NCBI GenBank assembly: GCA_036381615.1
Contig: DASVCL010000012.1
Coordinates: forward strand, 56,823-120,822
Source of the DNA: Alphaproteobacteria bacterium
Lineage (GTDB): Bacteria; Pseudomonadota; Alphaproteobacteria; CACIAM-22H2
Direction: 5' to 3'
Length of the DNA: 64,000 bases
Shown here: positions 28,738 through 38,280 of the stretch, piece after piece
Position numbering within the stretch: the first letter of the stretch is position 1
How the letters are laid out: every line of letters starts with the position of its first letter
Made by a program: the position numbers and the translations under genes
Notes under the pieces: generated by a model
Database searches by the model: none
What the model saw: the letters and a program-made list of their open reading frames with translations, nothing else
Told to the model about the DNA's origin: nothing

Positions 28738-29676
28738 TCACGGAAGCGCCAGCCGGGCGTGCGCTTTCGCCGTAATCTTTTGACGCAGGCGAGGTAAATC
28801 TGCCCACGGGTCGGCGTCGCGGGTCCGCAGACGTTCGGGAACCGTCAGAACGTTGAGTTCGGCCGGACGTAGCTGCGGGCCGAGTTCGGCCCACGCGAGC
28901 GGCGTTGCAACCGGGGCACCTGCTCGAGCCCGCGCCGAGAAAGGTGCAACGGCCGTGGCGCCGCGATCATTGCGAAGATAGTCGATGAAAATACGACCGG
29001 CGCGTTCAGACTTGGGCAGTGCCGTGGTATACGTATCGGGCGAATCTCTCTCCATGGCGACGGCAAGCGCCTTCGCGAACGCCTTCAGCGTCGACCAGTC
29101 ACCAATCGGCGCGATCGGCACGACGACGTGAAGTCCCTTCCCGCCCGTCGTCTTGACGAAGCTCTCGAGACGCATCTGGCGCAAACGCTCTCTCAGCTCG
29201 GCAGCGGCTTCGATCACCTTTGTCCATGCCACGCCCGGTCCCGGATCGACATCGAACACGATGCGATCGGGATGCTCCAAATCATCGGCACGTGACCCCC
29301 AAAGATGGATCTCGAGTACCCCGATCTGAACAAGCGAGATCAGGTCGCGTACATTTTTGACGAGAAGGTAATCATGCGTTCCGGACTTCTCCTCGATTGT
29401 GACCCGCTTCAGCGTGTCCGGAACCGCAGAACCGGGGTGCTTCTGATAGAAACATTTGTCTTCCTGCCCTAACGGACACCGGACCATCGTAATCGGGCGC
29501 CCGACCACATGAGGCAACGTTGCGTCTGCCACCTGCACGTAATAGGTCGCGAGATCGCGCTTGGTGAGGCCCTGATCGGCAAACAGGATTCGGTCGGGAT
29601 GCGTCAGTTCGACCCCGGCCACCTCGACGGAACCCGCGCGCGGACGCCCGGCAACAGCAGAACGTCTGACCACCAT
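28738..29676 (-). CDS. stand-alone LigD polymerase (AEP primase-polymerase) domain
   Basis: LTHPDRIL, R.P.G, DRIVFDVDPG, KTTGGKGLHV and IFIDYLRN motifs; AAGGAGGAG SD before ATG 29676. Confidence 0.85.
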   Translation of the reverse strand: MVVRRSAVAGRPRAGSVEVAGVELTHPDRILFADQGLTKRDLATYYVQVADATLPHVVGRPITMVRCPLGQEDKCFYQKHPGSAVPDTLKRVTIEEKSGTHDYLLVKNVRDLISLVQIGVLEIHLWGSRADDLEHPDRIVFDVDPGPGVAWTKVIEAAAELRERLRQMRLESFVKTTGGKGLHVVVPIAPIGDWSTLKAFAKALAVAMERDSPDTYTTALPKSERAGRIFIDYLRNDRGATAVAPFSARARAGAPVATPLAWAELGPQLRPAELNVLTVPERLRTRDADPWADLPRLRQKITAKAHARLALP

Positions 29677-29910
29677 CGGCTCCTCCTTCGTCGCTGTCTC
29701 GGGCGGCTTGTCGGACCGGAATCCCTGAAACGACGGATGCCGCAAAAGATTATCGCCCGCCCAGCCTGCATACGCGAATCTCGGCGACCAGGTGCGGCTC
29801 CAACCGCCGCGTTCTCTTGCGGACCGGCGCGGGGATGGACTTGAACGGCGATCGGACCCGGCGCCGGCGCCCCTAGGTCAGACCACAGCTTCCGCGGCAT
29901 CTCGGTCGTG
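29677..29910 (-). pseudogene. ligD: decayed 3' end of LigD ligase (OB-fold) domain
   Basis: Three frames join to TTEM.RKLWSDL / RSPF...LEPHLVAEI / AYAGWAGDNLLRHPSFQGFRSDK, the ligase C-terminal consensus; two frameshifts and no adenylation domain. Confidence 0.7.
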
Positions 29911-30006
29911 ATGCGACCGTCGATGTACTCGCCCTGCGCAACGCGTCTCCCTGAACTTCGTCGGATAAGCGCTGCTAGTGGATTTCCTACCGGCCATGCT
30001 CGCCCG

Positions 30007-30031
30007 AACGACCGGGACCGTTTTCGGTTCC
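30007..30031 (-). promoter_or_regulatory. sigma-EcfG-type promoter facing the ligD remnant and polymerase (GGAAC-N16-CGTT)
   Basis: + strand AACG 30007-30010 and GTTCC 30027-30031. Confidence 0.75.
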
Positions 30032-30088
30032 AAGGTGCCCCCGTCCGGCTGCGACAACACGAGATGCGAAAGGACGAGCCTGTTTCGT

Positions 30089-30113
30089 GCAACCAAAGCT
30101 CAAAGGCGGCGTT
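30089..30113 (+). promoter_or_regulatory. sigma-EcfG-type promoter variant (GCAAC-N16-CGTT)
   Basis: GCAAC 30089-30093 and CGTT 30110-30113, upstream of ATG 30160. Confidence 0.6.
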
Positions 30114-30159
30114 TAGTCGCGCATCGGAGGCTTATGACCAACACAGGAGTTGCAGACAC

Positions 30160-30621
30160 ATGCGTAAGTTAATCTTTTCCAGCGCACTCGGCATGGCTCT
30201 GGCGGTTTCTGGCGCCGCCTTTGCGCAGACCACCGGTCAACCTGGACCGGGCGGCGGGCCTCCGACGACACAACCAGCACCGTCGGGAGCGCGTGGCACG
30301 ACGGCGGAGGAACGCTCGGGGACGGCAACTCAACGTGGGTCCGTCTTTACCCCCAGCGGTGAGGTTCTGCTGAGCAATCTGATCGGCATGGACGTCAAAA
30401 ATGCCGAGGGCGACAACATCGGTGAAATCGACGAGATACTGATGGGCAAGGATGGAAAGGTGTCGCATGCGATCCTGTCCGTCGGCGGCTTTCTCGGCGT
30501 CGGCGAGCGGCACGTCCAGGTGCCGTTCAGCGAGATTCAGATTCAGCCCGATGGCCGCCAGGTGACTTACAACACCACGAAGGACGCCCTCAAGCAGCAG
30601 CCCGAATACAAGATCAGATGA
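30160..30621 (+). CDS. exported PRC-barrel domain protein
   Basis: Signal peptide ending AFA; LIGMDV.N..G..IGEI..I...DG.V..AILSVGGFLG motif; AGGAG SD. Confidence 0.88.
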   Translation: MRKLIFSSALGMALAVSGAAFAQTTGQPGPGGGPPTTQPAPSGARGTTAEERSGTATQRGSVFTPSGEVLLSNLIGMDVKNAEGDNIGEIDEILMGKDGKVSHAILSVGGFLGVGERHVQVPFSEIQIQPDGRQVTYNTTKDALKQQPEYKIR

Positions 30622-30671
30622 TGCCGGGACCGGGCGGTGGGTCTGATGCCCATCGCCCGGCGTAAACCCAA

Positions 30672-30696
30672 GGAACCCTGCGGCCACGGTTGCGTT
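30672..30696 (+). promoter_or_regulatory. sigma-EcfG-type promoter (GGAAC-N16-CGTT)
   Basis: GGAAC 30672-30676 and CGTT 30693-30696. Confidence 0.8.
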
Positions 30697-30746
30697 TATT
30701 GCAAAGGCGTGCCCGACGGAGATGACCCTATTCCAAGAGGTGCATC

Positions 30747-30917
30747 ATGCTTTATTGGGCAGTGGTGTTCTTGATTATCGCGCTGGTGGCCGGTCTGTTC
30801 GGCTTTGGCGGCATTGCTTCGACCGCCGCCAGCATCGCACAGATTCTGTTTTTCCTGTTCCTCGTCTTCTTTGTCATCGCCCTGATCGTCGGGCTCGTAC
30901 GGCGCGGGCGGCCTTAG
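30747..30917 (+). CDS. small membrane protein, DUF1328/YtjA-like (absent from ORF track)
   Basis: Own translation: [56 protein letters not shown]; GAGG SD. Confidence 0.9.
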   Translation: MLYWAVVFLIIALVAGLFGFGGIASTAASIAQILFFLFLVFFVIALIVGLVRRGRP

Positions 30918-30957
30918 CCGAGCCCCCCACGTTGACATAAACTCCGGAGGAGGCGAC

Positions 30958-31320
30958 ATGCCTGCCAATGCAGAGCCGAACATGGGTCCGGAAAGCACCG
31001 GCGCTGGCGCTAACGAGCCGCAGCGGGACATTGCGATTGAAAGGCTCAAGTCCGATCTGCGTTCGCTTCGGCACGATCTCGAATCCGCTGCCCGAACCGT
31101 CAATGAACTCAGCGCGTCTGCAGCGACAGAGGCGATGAGCCAGGCTCAAGCCCAAATGGAGCAGCTCCGCGCACGACTCGATGAGCTTGCCGCCGAAGCG
31201 CGCGCGTACGGCAGCGAGACGGCCGAAGCAGTTCGGCAACACGTCCAGGAGCGGCCTTTCGCGAGCCTGGCGATCGCCATGGTGACCGGCTTCGTGCTTG
31301 CCCACCTGATGCGTCGATAG
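30958..31320 (+). CDS. DUF883 (ElaB/YqjD)-like tail-anchored protein
   Basis: Helical Ala/Glu-rich body and C-terminal V.ERP..SLAIA...GF.L TM; GGAGGAGG SD. Confidence 0.82.
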   Translation: MPANAEPNMGPESTGAGANEPQRDIAIERLKSDLRSLRHDLESAARTVNELSASAATEAMSQAQAQMEQLRARLDELAAEARAYGSETAEAVRQHVQERPFASLAIAMVTGFVLAHLMRR

Positions 31321-31337
31321 TCGGCCGCTTGAGGCGC

Positions 31338-34229
31338 TCACACCAGAACGGCCACCGGCAGCTGCGCGAACACCTCGCTGACCGCGATCCTTCCATTTCG
31401 TGCATCGATGGCACGACCCGTTATCGCATCGTGCCGGCACTGCCCCCCGACATCGTCGATTGCGATCTCCGTCGCCGCCCAACGATGTCCACCGTCAAAG
31501 ACCATGTCCGCTTCACCCCATAGCCGGGCAAAAAGCCGGCCTACCACGATCACGGCCATCCGGTCGCCGTGGCTTCGCGCGAATGCGATCGTGTGTGCGG
31601 CCGCCTGACCCTGGACTTCGATGGGGATATAGGTTCCGTACGTAAATATCTGCGGCTGACTCTGCCGGATCGCGAGGAGGCGGCGGATCAAGGCCAGCTT
31701 GATACGCCCGTCTGCCCAATTCTCCAGAAGCGGCCGCCAGTCGCGAACCGTCTCCAGCTCCGCCAACAACGATGCACGGCCGTCGAAATCGACCGGCCGG
31801 CGATTGTCAGGATCCACAAGTGAGAAGTCCCAGAGTTCGCTCCCGCGATACAGGTCCGGGATGCCGGGACACGTCAGTTTCAGCGTCGTCTGGACGAGGC
31901 TGTTCAGCATTCCGAAGAAGGCGACCTGCGCCGCAAACGGCAGAAAGTCGTCGAGAAACGGGTTCGGCCGGCCCGTATCCACCAGATCGGTCATGAAACG
32001 GGTGCAGGCGGCCTCGTACGGCTCGTTCGGGCGGCTCCAGCTCGAGCGGGTCTTGGCTTCGCGAAGCGCCTTCACCGTATACTGGCGCAAGCGGTCCTGA
32101 AACGTCTCCAGCGCAGGTCCGGGTTCCGGCTTCCGCGACAACCATTCGGCCGGCCAGGCGCCGATCAGAGCCTGATAGAATAAGTATTCGTCGTTCCGCG
32201 ACGGTGCCCGCCTGCCATCGATCTCCGACCGCCTGAACCGGTTGAGAACCGACCAGCGTTCGACTCTTTCCGCCCACGTGGCGTGCTTTTCCGGGAGTAC
32301 GTCGATACGCGCTCGTGCGTCCTCGCCGCGCTTCGTGTCATGGGTCGCCGTAGCCAGCATGGAATGCGGCCAGTTCCTCGCGCGCTCCTCATTTGCCCTG
32401 TGAAAAGCCGCGACCGAGATGCCGAACTGGCGAGGATCCCCGCCGACCTCATTCAGCGAGATCAGCCGATGGTAGCGGTAGAATGCGGTGTCTTCCAGCG
32501 ACTTCGCCGTTACGGGCCCGGTATACTGCTGGAACTTCATCGCGAAGCGCAGCAGCTCGGCGCGTCGCGGCAAACCCAGCGGCCCCTGGTGCTCGGCAAC
32601 CAGCGCCTGACGGATGAAGTCGAAGATTTCCGGGTCGGGTGCAAGCCAGCGCTTCTTTGCCTGGCTTATCGCCCAGTCGATGTCACGCGCATCCTCGGCC
32701 GTTACGCCTTGTTCGGTCACGTAGGTGCGGTAGACCGGGAAACAGGCGACAATCTCCTTGAGCGCATCCCGGAGACGGAAGCGCGTGAAATCGCGCGTCC
32801 GCCAGTCCTGTTCCGCCAGCCGGTCGAGCTGATTCGCGAGGACGGCAAGCTCGCTAGCGAGAGCCGTGTCGATGATCAGCTTTTTCGCCGTATAGAGGAT
32901 TTCGTCGAAATCGAAACGCCGCTTGACGAAACGAAAATATGCCTCGGTCATCGGCCGCTCGCCTTCCGGATCGACGAGGACACCATTGACGAGGTTCAGG
33001 AACTCGTATCCGGTCGTTCCTTGGACCGGCCATGAATCCCGTAGCCGCTCGTGACGCGCGAGAATCTTCTCGACGATGATGTAGAACAGCCCGGACCGCG
33101 AAGACATCGCGTCGGATCGATCGTCGGGTGAAATCGGTTGCGGCGCCACCTGCTGGGCAAGCCTCTGCAATGCCGCGCAATAGGCCGCAGGATCGAAAAG
33201 GCCGTCGATGTGATCGAGGCGCAACCCGTGTATGCAACCGTCCGCAATGAGGCGGCCGATCAACCGGTGCATCTCGGCAAACAATCTCGGATTTTCCGGG
33301 CGGATTCCGGCGAGATCGTTGATCTCGAAGAACCGCCGGTAATTGATCTCGTCCGCGGCGGCGCGCCAGTAACAGACGCGATAGAACTGACGCTCGATCA
33401 GGTTGTGCAGGCGCACGAACGTATCAGGGCGGCCGGGCTCGCCGTTGTAGAGGTCGGCGGCCTCCACCAGCAATCGCCTGACGTCAGGTTGCTCCAAGGC
33501 CACGCGGGACAAGTCGGACTTGAGGCGCTGCACTCGGTCACGGGCCTCTCCCCGCCGGATGCGGGAGCGTGGCGTCGCGGAAAATGCGGCGAACTCGCCC
33601 GCGAACCGCTCGAGCGTCTCTCCGGCCGGCCCGGCAGGCGCAAGGCGCGCATCACTCAGGCGTCGACGGATGATCGAGGCGTAGTCGCGCGGCCGTACCG
33701 GAAACCGGTTCTCGAAATACCAGATACTGAATCCACCGTATTCGACGTCGAACCTGAGTTGCAGCTCACCGCGTTCCAGTACGACGCCGTACTGATCCCC
33801 GAGCACCGGGAGCAGTACCTTTCCCGGAAAGCTTCGTCGCAAGGCGCTCCAGTCGATGTCGAAGTAATCCGCGTAAGGCGAGGATTCGCCCCATTCGAGG
33901 ACATCGAGCCACCATGCATTGTCCGTCTTTCCTACGCCCATGTGATTCGGGATGAAATCGAGGATCTGCCCCATGCCATGCGCGTGCAGTACCCGGCAAA
34001 ATCTCGAAAAGCTCTCCGGCGAACCGATCTCGGGGTTGAGCGCGTTGTGGTCGATTATGTCGTATCCGTGTGAACTGCCGGGGCGCGCCTTGAGATACGA
34101 CGATGCATAGACATGCGTCACCCCAAGCGCCGCCAGATACGGGACGAGGGCGGCCGCGTGATCGAACGTGAACTCGCGGTTGAACTGCAATCGGTACGAG
34201 GCGAGCGGAATTCGCGGAGGCGTACCCAT
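31338..34229 (-). CDS. treY: malto-oligosyltrehalose synthase
   Basis: P.ASYRLQF, GS.HGYD, RYRRFF-like, GLRLDHIDGL, NEVGGDP, ATHDTKRGED and SLVDPDNRRPVDF motifs. Confidence 0.96.
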   Translation of the reverse strand: MGTPPRIPLASYRLQFNREFTFDHAAALVPYLAALGVTHVYASSYLKARPGSSHGYDIIDHNALNPEIGSPESFSRFCRVLHAHGMGQILDFIPNHMGVGKTDNAWWLDVLEWGESSPYADYFDIDWSALRRSFPGKVLLPVLGDQYGVVLERGELQLRFDVEYGGFSIWYFENRFPVRPRDYASIIRRRLSDARLAPAGPAGETLERFAGEFAAFSATPRSRIRRGEARDRVQRLKSDLSRVALEQPDVRRLLVEAADLYNGEPGRPDTFVRLHNLIERQFYRVCYWRAAADEINYRRFFEINDLAGIRPENPRLFAEMHRLIGRLIADGCIHGLRLDHIDGLFDPAAYCAALQRLAQQVAPQPISPDDRSDAMSSRSGLFYIIVEKILARHERLRDSWPVQGTTGYEFLNLVNGVLVDPEGERPMTEAYFRFVKRRFDFDEILYTAKKLIIDTALASELAVLANQLDRLAEQDWRTRDFTRFRLRDALKEIVACFPVYRTYVTEQGVTAEDARDIDWAISQAKKRWLAPDPEIFDFIRQALVAEHQGPLGLPRRAELLRFAMKFQQYTGPVTAKSLEDTAFYRYHRLISLNEVGGDPRQFGISVAAFHRANEERARNWPHSMLATATHDTKRGEDARARIDVLPEKHATWAERVERWSVLNRFRRSEIDGRRAPSRNDEYLFYQALIGAWPAEWLSRKPEPGPALETFQDRLRQYTVKALREAKTRSSWSRPNEPYEAACTRFMTDLVDTGRPNPFLDDFLPFAAQVAFFGMLNSLVQTTLKLTCPGIPDLYRGSELWDFSLVDPDNRRPVDFDGRASLLAELETVRDWRPLLENWADGRIKLALIRRLLAIRQSQPQIFTYGTYIPIEVQGQAAAHTIAFARSHGDRMAVIVVGRLFARLWGEADMVFDGGHRWAATEIAIDDVGGQCRHDAITGRAIDARNGRIAVSEVFAQLPVAVLV

Positions 34230-34237
34230 GCCTCTAC

Positions 34238-36424
34238 CTACGATCCGTGCGGCAACGGCCGTTCCTCGGCCAGTATCCCCACGGCGCGTCTCACCCTCTG
34301 GTCTTGCCTGATTCCACTGATGTCGACCGGCAGACGGCGCCGCCAGTTGGGATGCTCGTGAAGCGTGCCCGGCAGATTGGCCTGCTCCTTCACCCCGAGA
34401 AGATCCTCGAGTCCCACCATCAGGACCCGGCAGGGCGTACGCGCGAGGAAGCGCAAAATGGCCTCGAACGGTACCTCATTCGGGTCGCAGGCTTCATCGA
34501 GCAGTCCCGTACGTTGGAGCGTTTCGACGAGCGCCGCACGATCACGGTGCCGCGCCTGCCGTTCGTTCTCGATCGCCTCCAAACTCGCGTATGCGTTGAT
34601 GCGCACCCGTTCCTCGATGTCGACGCCGGCCCAATAGCCCCAGACCGTCGGCAGATCATGCGTCGTAATGGAAACAAGCGCATCGGGCGGATAATCGTTC
34701 GGCGGACGAAACTGTCCTTGCGAATCGCGTTCGAAGTACAGCAGACAGTACGACAGCAGGCCGGCCCGGCGCATGGCCGGTTGGAATCCTTCCGGCAGGG
34801 TGCCGAGATCCTCGCCGATGACAAGACATTGGTTCCGCCAGCTCTCGAGCGCCACGACGCCGACCATCTCGTCGAAGGGATAGGCAACGTAGGCGCCTTC
34901 CGACGGGCTTCGCCCCTCGGGAATCCAAAATAGCCGCATCAAACCGAGAACATGGTCGATGCGCAGTGCGCCGGCCCATCGCATGTTCGCACGCAACAGT
35001 TCGGCAAACGGAGCGAAGGCCTGCTGACGCAAGGCTGCGGTATTCAGCGGCGGTAATCCCCAGTTCTGCCCGTTACGGTTCCACAGATCCGGCGGCGCGC
35101 CAATCGTGGCGCCGACCGCGACGAGTTGTGGTGCCGCCCACGCGTCGCCCCCGGCCGCATCGGTCCCGACGGCCAGATCGAGATAGAGCCCGATCGGCAT
35201 GCCGCCCGTCCGCGCCGCTTCGGCACAACGCGCGAGCTGAAGCTCGGCCTGCCATTGCAGATAGATGAAGAACTCGACTTCCTCTGCCTTCTCGCGGGCG
35301 AATTCAGCGACGTCAGCGGAATCCGGCGAGTGATACTCCGGTGGCCACCGGCGCCAATCGCGCAGCCAGGTCTCGCGCTCGCCGAGCGACTCCCGCAGCG
35401 CCTGGAATACCGCGAACCGCTCCAGCGCCGGATTGCGCGACAGTCTGTATTCATCGAAAGCTCTGCGACGAACACCGTCCGCCGGCTCACGCCGCCGAAA
35501 CGAGCGATGGAGCAGCTCCAGAACGGGGCGCTTGAGTGCCGTCACGCCGCGATAGTCGACGAGCGGCGCTTCACGGACGCGGGTGAGTTCCGCCTGGAAT
35601 CCGGGAGACGCGATCAGGCGTTGGGCCTCATCGCACGCGGCAAAATCCTCTATCGCTTCGACGTCGAGGTAGAGCGGATTGAGGAAATTCCGACTCGAGG
35701 GAGAGTACGGGCTGATATGATCCGGGTCGTCCAGGAACAAGGCGTGGAGCGGGTTGACCCCGACTGCTGCCGCGCCGGCGCTTGCCGCCCACGACATGAG
35801 CTCTCGCAAATCGGAAAAATCGCCAATGCCCCAGCTTCGCGACGACCGCAGGCCGTAGAGTTGAACCGCAATACCCCATATCCGGCCGCCTTGCTCGAGT
35901 ACCGGCGGCCAGAATGCACGCTCTGGCGTCACAATGATCGTCGTGGCGCCCGTCAAACGACCGTGCGGCCCTTCGAGTACCAGGTCGAGCGCATGATAGC
36001 CGGGGGAAAGGCGCTGCGGTAAATCGAGCCGGCGGCGCTCGTAAGCCTTCTCGCCCAAAGCCATGCGTTCCGACAACGCGAGCTGAGCGACGGCAATGTC
36101 TGCAGCGTGCCGAGATCCCTGTTCCTCCGTCAATGTCCACCGGATCTGCCCGGTCACGTTCTCCTGAGAAACGATGACAGTCACGAACTTCGGCGCATCC
36201 TCGCGCAGGACGACCACCGGGTCGGCGATTGACGCTGCGGCTCTGCGGTCCAACTCCGCGAGTGCCCACTCGACATCTTTCCGACTGGCGACACGAATGC
36301 CGAATACCGACAGCAGCGCGCGCTTCGTCTGATCGGGAACGATCCGAAAGACGCCTTCCTGGTCCCAGTACGCATGGCCGATCCCGAGCCGCTCCGCCAG
36401 AGTGTCGATCGGATCGGTCGTCAC
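34238..36424 (-). CDS. malQ: 4-alpha-glucanotransferase (amylomaltase)
   Basis: QLY.LRS..SWGIGDF, SPYSPSSR, ALRIDHVLG, GEDLG, THD and Q.NLPGT..EHPNW motifs; GTG start overlaps treZ TGA. Confidence 0.95.
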   Translation of the reverse strand: MTTDPIDTLAERLGIGHAYWDQEGVFRIVPDQTKRALLSVFGIRVASRKDVEWALAELDRRAAASIADPVVVLREDAPKFVTVIVSQENVTGQIRWTLTEEQGSRHAADIAVAQLALSERMALGEKAYERRRLDLPQRLSPGYHALDLVLEGPHGRLTGATTIIVTPERAFWPPVLEQGGRIWGIAVQLYGLRSSRSWGIGDFSDLRELMSWAASAGAAAVGVNPLHALFLDDPDHISPYSPSSRNFLNPLYLDVEAIEDFAACDEAQRLIASPGFQAELTRVREAPLVDYRGVTALKRPVLELLHRSFRRREPADGVRRRAFDEYRLSRNPALERFAVFQALRESLGERETWLRDWRRWPPEYHSPDSADVAEFAREKAEEVEFFIYLQWQAELQLARCAEAARTGGMPIGLYLDLAVGTDAAGGDAWAAPQLVAVGATIGAPPDLWNRNGQNWGLPPLNTAALRQQAFAPFAELLRANMRWAGALRIDHVLGLMRLFWIPEGRSPSEGAYVAYPFDEMVGVVALESWRNQCLVIGEDLGTLPEGFQPAMRRAGLLSYCLLYFERDSQGQFRPPNDYPPDALVSITTHDLPTVWGYWAGVDIEERVRINAYASLEAIENERQARHRDRAALVETLQRTGLLDEACDPNEVPFEAILRFLARTPCRVLMVGLEDLLGVKEQANLPGTLHEHPNWRRRLPVDISGIRQDQRVRRAVGILAEERPLPHGS

Positions 36425-38268
36425 CGCCGTACACCTCTGCCGGTAATGAACCAGGCAACCGACCATGGCGGCAGCCGGACCGTGCTGCCCGCGGCCGGAA
36501 TGTCCGGATGCGTTGCGAAGACGAGGCGCCCCTGCGGGAGACTTGTCGCCGGCGGACCGGCTTCATCGGACAGCTGCGCAACCAGCTCGAGTCCGTCGCC
36601 ATCGTCCATCTGCCATCGTACATGGAGCATTCCACCGTCGCGGACGCCGTAGGTGCCGGCGCCACCCGCAATGCCCTTGAGACGCGGCACGATCTCCCGC
36701 ATGCGCAGGTCGAGCAGCCGTCTGTAGTATGCCAGCATCTCCTTATGCGGCGATCGTTCCCGCTCCGCCCAGTTCAGTCGCGCCGACAGGAACGTAGCCA
36801 ACGCCGTGGGATCGGGAATCCGATCGCGTGCGCCTGGATCCTGGAACTCCTTGAAGCGCGCGAACTCGAGCCGTCGCCCCTCCCGCACCTTTTCGGCAAG
36901 CTCGGGGCCGAAATCGCAGAAAAACGGAAACGGCGTGGATGCCGCCCATTCCTCGCCCATGAACAGAAGCGGCGGCGACGGCGCCAGGAGATAAATGGCC
37001 ACGGCCGCGCGCACCGCCTCCTGCGATGCAATCTGCGTTATTCGTGCCCCAAAGGCTGTGTTGCCGACCTGATCGTGGTTCTGCAGGAACGAAACGAATG
37101 CCGTCGGGGAAAGATGCCCGCTTGGCTCCCCTCTTCGCTTCCCGCCGCGGTGCTCGGACGGCTCGCCTTGATAGCTGAAACCTTCGGCCAGCGCACGCCC
37201 GAGCCAACGTACCGGTTTTTCCCCATAATCGGCGTAATACCCATCGCGGACGCCGGTAATCGCGACATGCAGCGCGTGATGAACATCGTCGTTCCATTGC
37301 GCATCGTAGAGGCCGCGTCGTCCTGACGCATACTGCAGGAGCGTGGCGGCGTTATTGTCGTTCTCGAGCACGAGATGCACGTGCCGGTCCGAAAAATGCC
37401 GGCGGACCGTGTCGGCCAGCTCGACGAGAATGTTCGGAGCGCTGTCGTCGATGATGGCATGGACCGCATCGAGCCGCAGGCCGTCGATATTGTATTCCTC
37501 GAGCCAGTAGAGCGCGTTGTGGATCATGAAATCGCGCACCACGCGTCTGTGTTCGCCGTCATAGTTGATTGCCGCGCCCCATGGGGTGTGATGCCGCTCG
37601 GTAAAGAACGGCTTCGCATAGGCGCCAAGGTAGTTTCCTTCCGGGCCGAAATGGTTGTAGACGACATCGAGAAACACCATCAGCCCCCGCCGGTGCGCCG
37701 CTTCGACGAGAAGCTTGAGATCGTTCGGACGTCCATATGCGCCATCGGGCGCGAAGAGATAAACGCCGTCGTATCCCCAGTTGTGCCGTCCGGGCGCCTC
37801 GGCCAACGGCATGAGTTCGATGGCCGTGACGCCGAGCCCGATCAAATGGTCGAAGTGTTCGATGGCGCCGGCGTAAGAGCCGCTTCGACTGAACGTGCCG
37901 ACATGAAGCTCATACAGAGTCGTTTCATCCCACGGACGCCCGTGCCAGTCGTCGTCCTCCCAATCGAACTCCGTTGGATCGACGACAATGCTCCAGCCGT
38001 GAACATCCCCGGCCTGATCCCGCGAGGCAGGATCGGGAACCGCCATGTTGTCGTCGATGACATACATGTAGCGGCTTCCGGGTCTGGCCGCGTCCGTCGT
38101 GAGCTCGAACCACCCCTCGCCCATGTCATGCATCGGCAAAATGCGGCCCGACCCGCCCGTGTTGAGCTGGAGGCTGACGCGCCCGGCCGACGGGGCCCAC
38201 AGCCGGAAGCGAACGGCGCCGTCGTCCAGGACGGAGGCGCCGAACGGCATCTCGTGGCGACGTTTCAT
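36421..38268 (-). CDS. treZ: malto-oligosyltrehalose trehalohydrolase
   Basis: FRLWAP, YELHVGTF, NWGYDGV, LDVVYNHFGP, GLRLDAVHAI and QNHDQVGN motifs. Confidence 0.96.
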   Translation of the reverse strand: MKRRHEMPFGASVLDDGAVRFRLWAPSAGRVSLQLNTGGSGRILPMHDMGEGWFELTTDAARPGSRYMYVIDDNMAVPDPASRDQAGDVHGWSIVVDPTEFDWEDDDWHGRPWDETTLYELHVGTFSRSGSYAGAIEHFDHLIGLGVTAIELMPLAEAPGRHNWGYDGVYLFAPDGAYGRPNDLKLLVEAAHRRGLMVFLDVVYNHFGPEGNYLGAYAKPFFTERHHTPWGAAINYDGEHRRVVRDFMIHNALYWLEEYNIDGLRLDAVHAIIDDSAPNILVELADTVRRHFSDRHVHLVLENDNNAATLLQYASGRRGLYDAQWNDDVHHALHVAITGVRDGYYADYGEKPVRWLGRALAEGFSYQGEPSEHRGGKRRGEPSGHLSPTAFVSFLQNHDQVGNTAFGARITQIASQEAVRAAVAIYLLAPSPPLLFMGEEWAASTPFPFFCDFGPELAEKVREGRRLEFARFKEFQDPGARDRIPDPTALATFLSARLNWAERERSPHKEMLAYYRRLLDLRMREIVPRLKGIAGGAGTYGVRDGGMLHVRWQMDDGDGLELVAQLSDEAGPPATSLPQGRLVFATHPDIPAAGSTVRLPPWSVAWFITGRGVRR

Positions 38269-38280
38269 CGAAAGCAGCAG

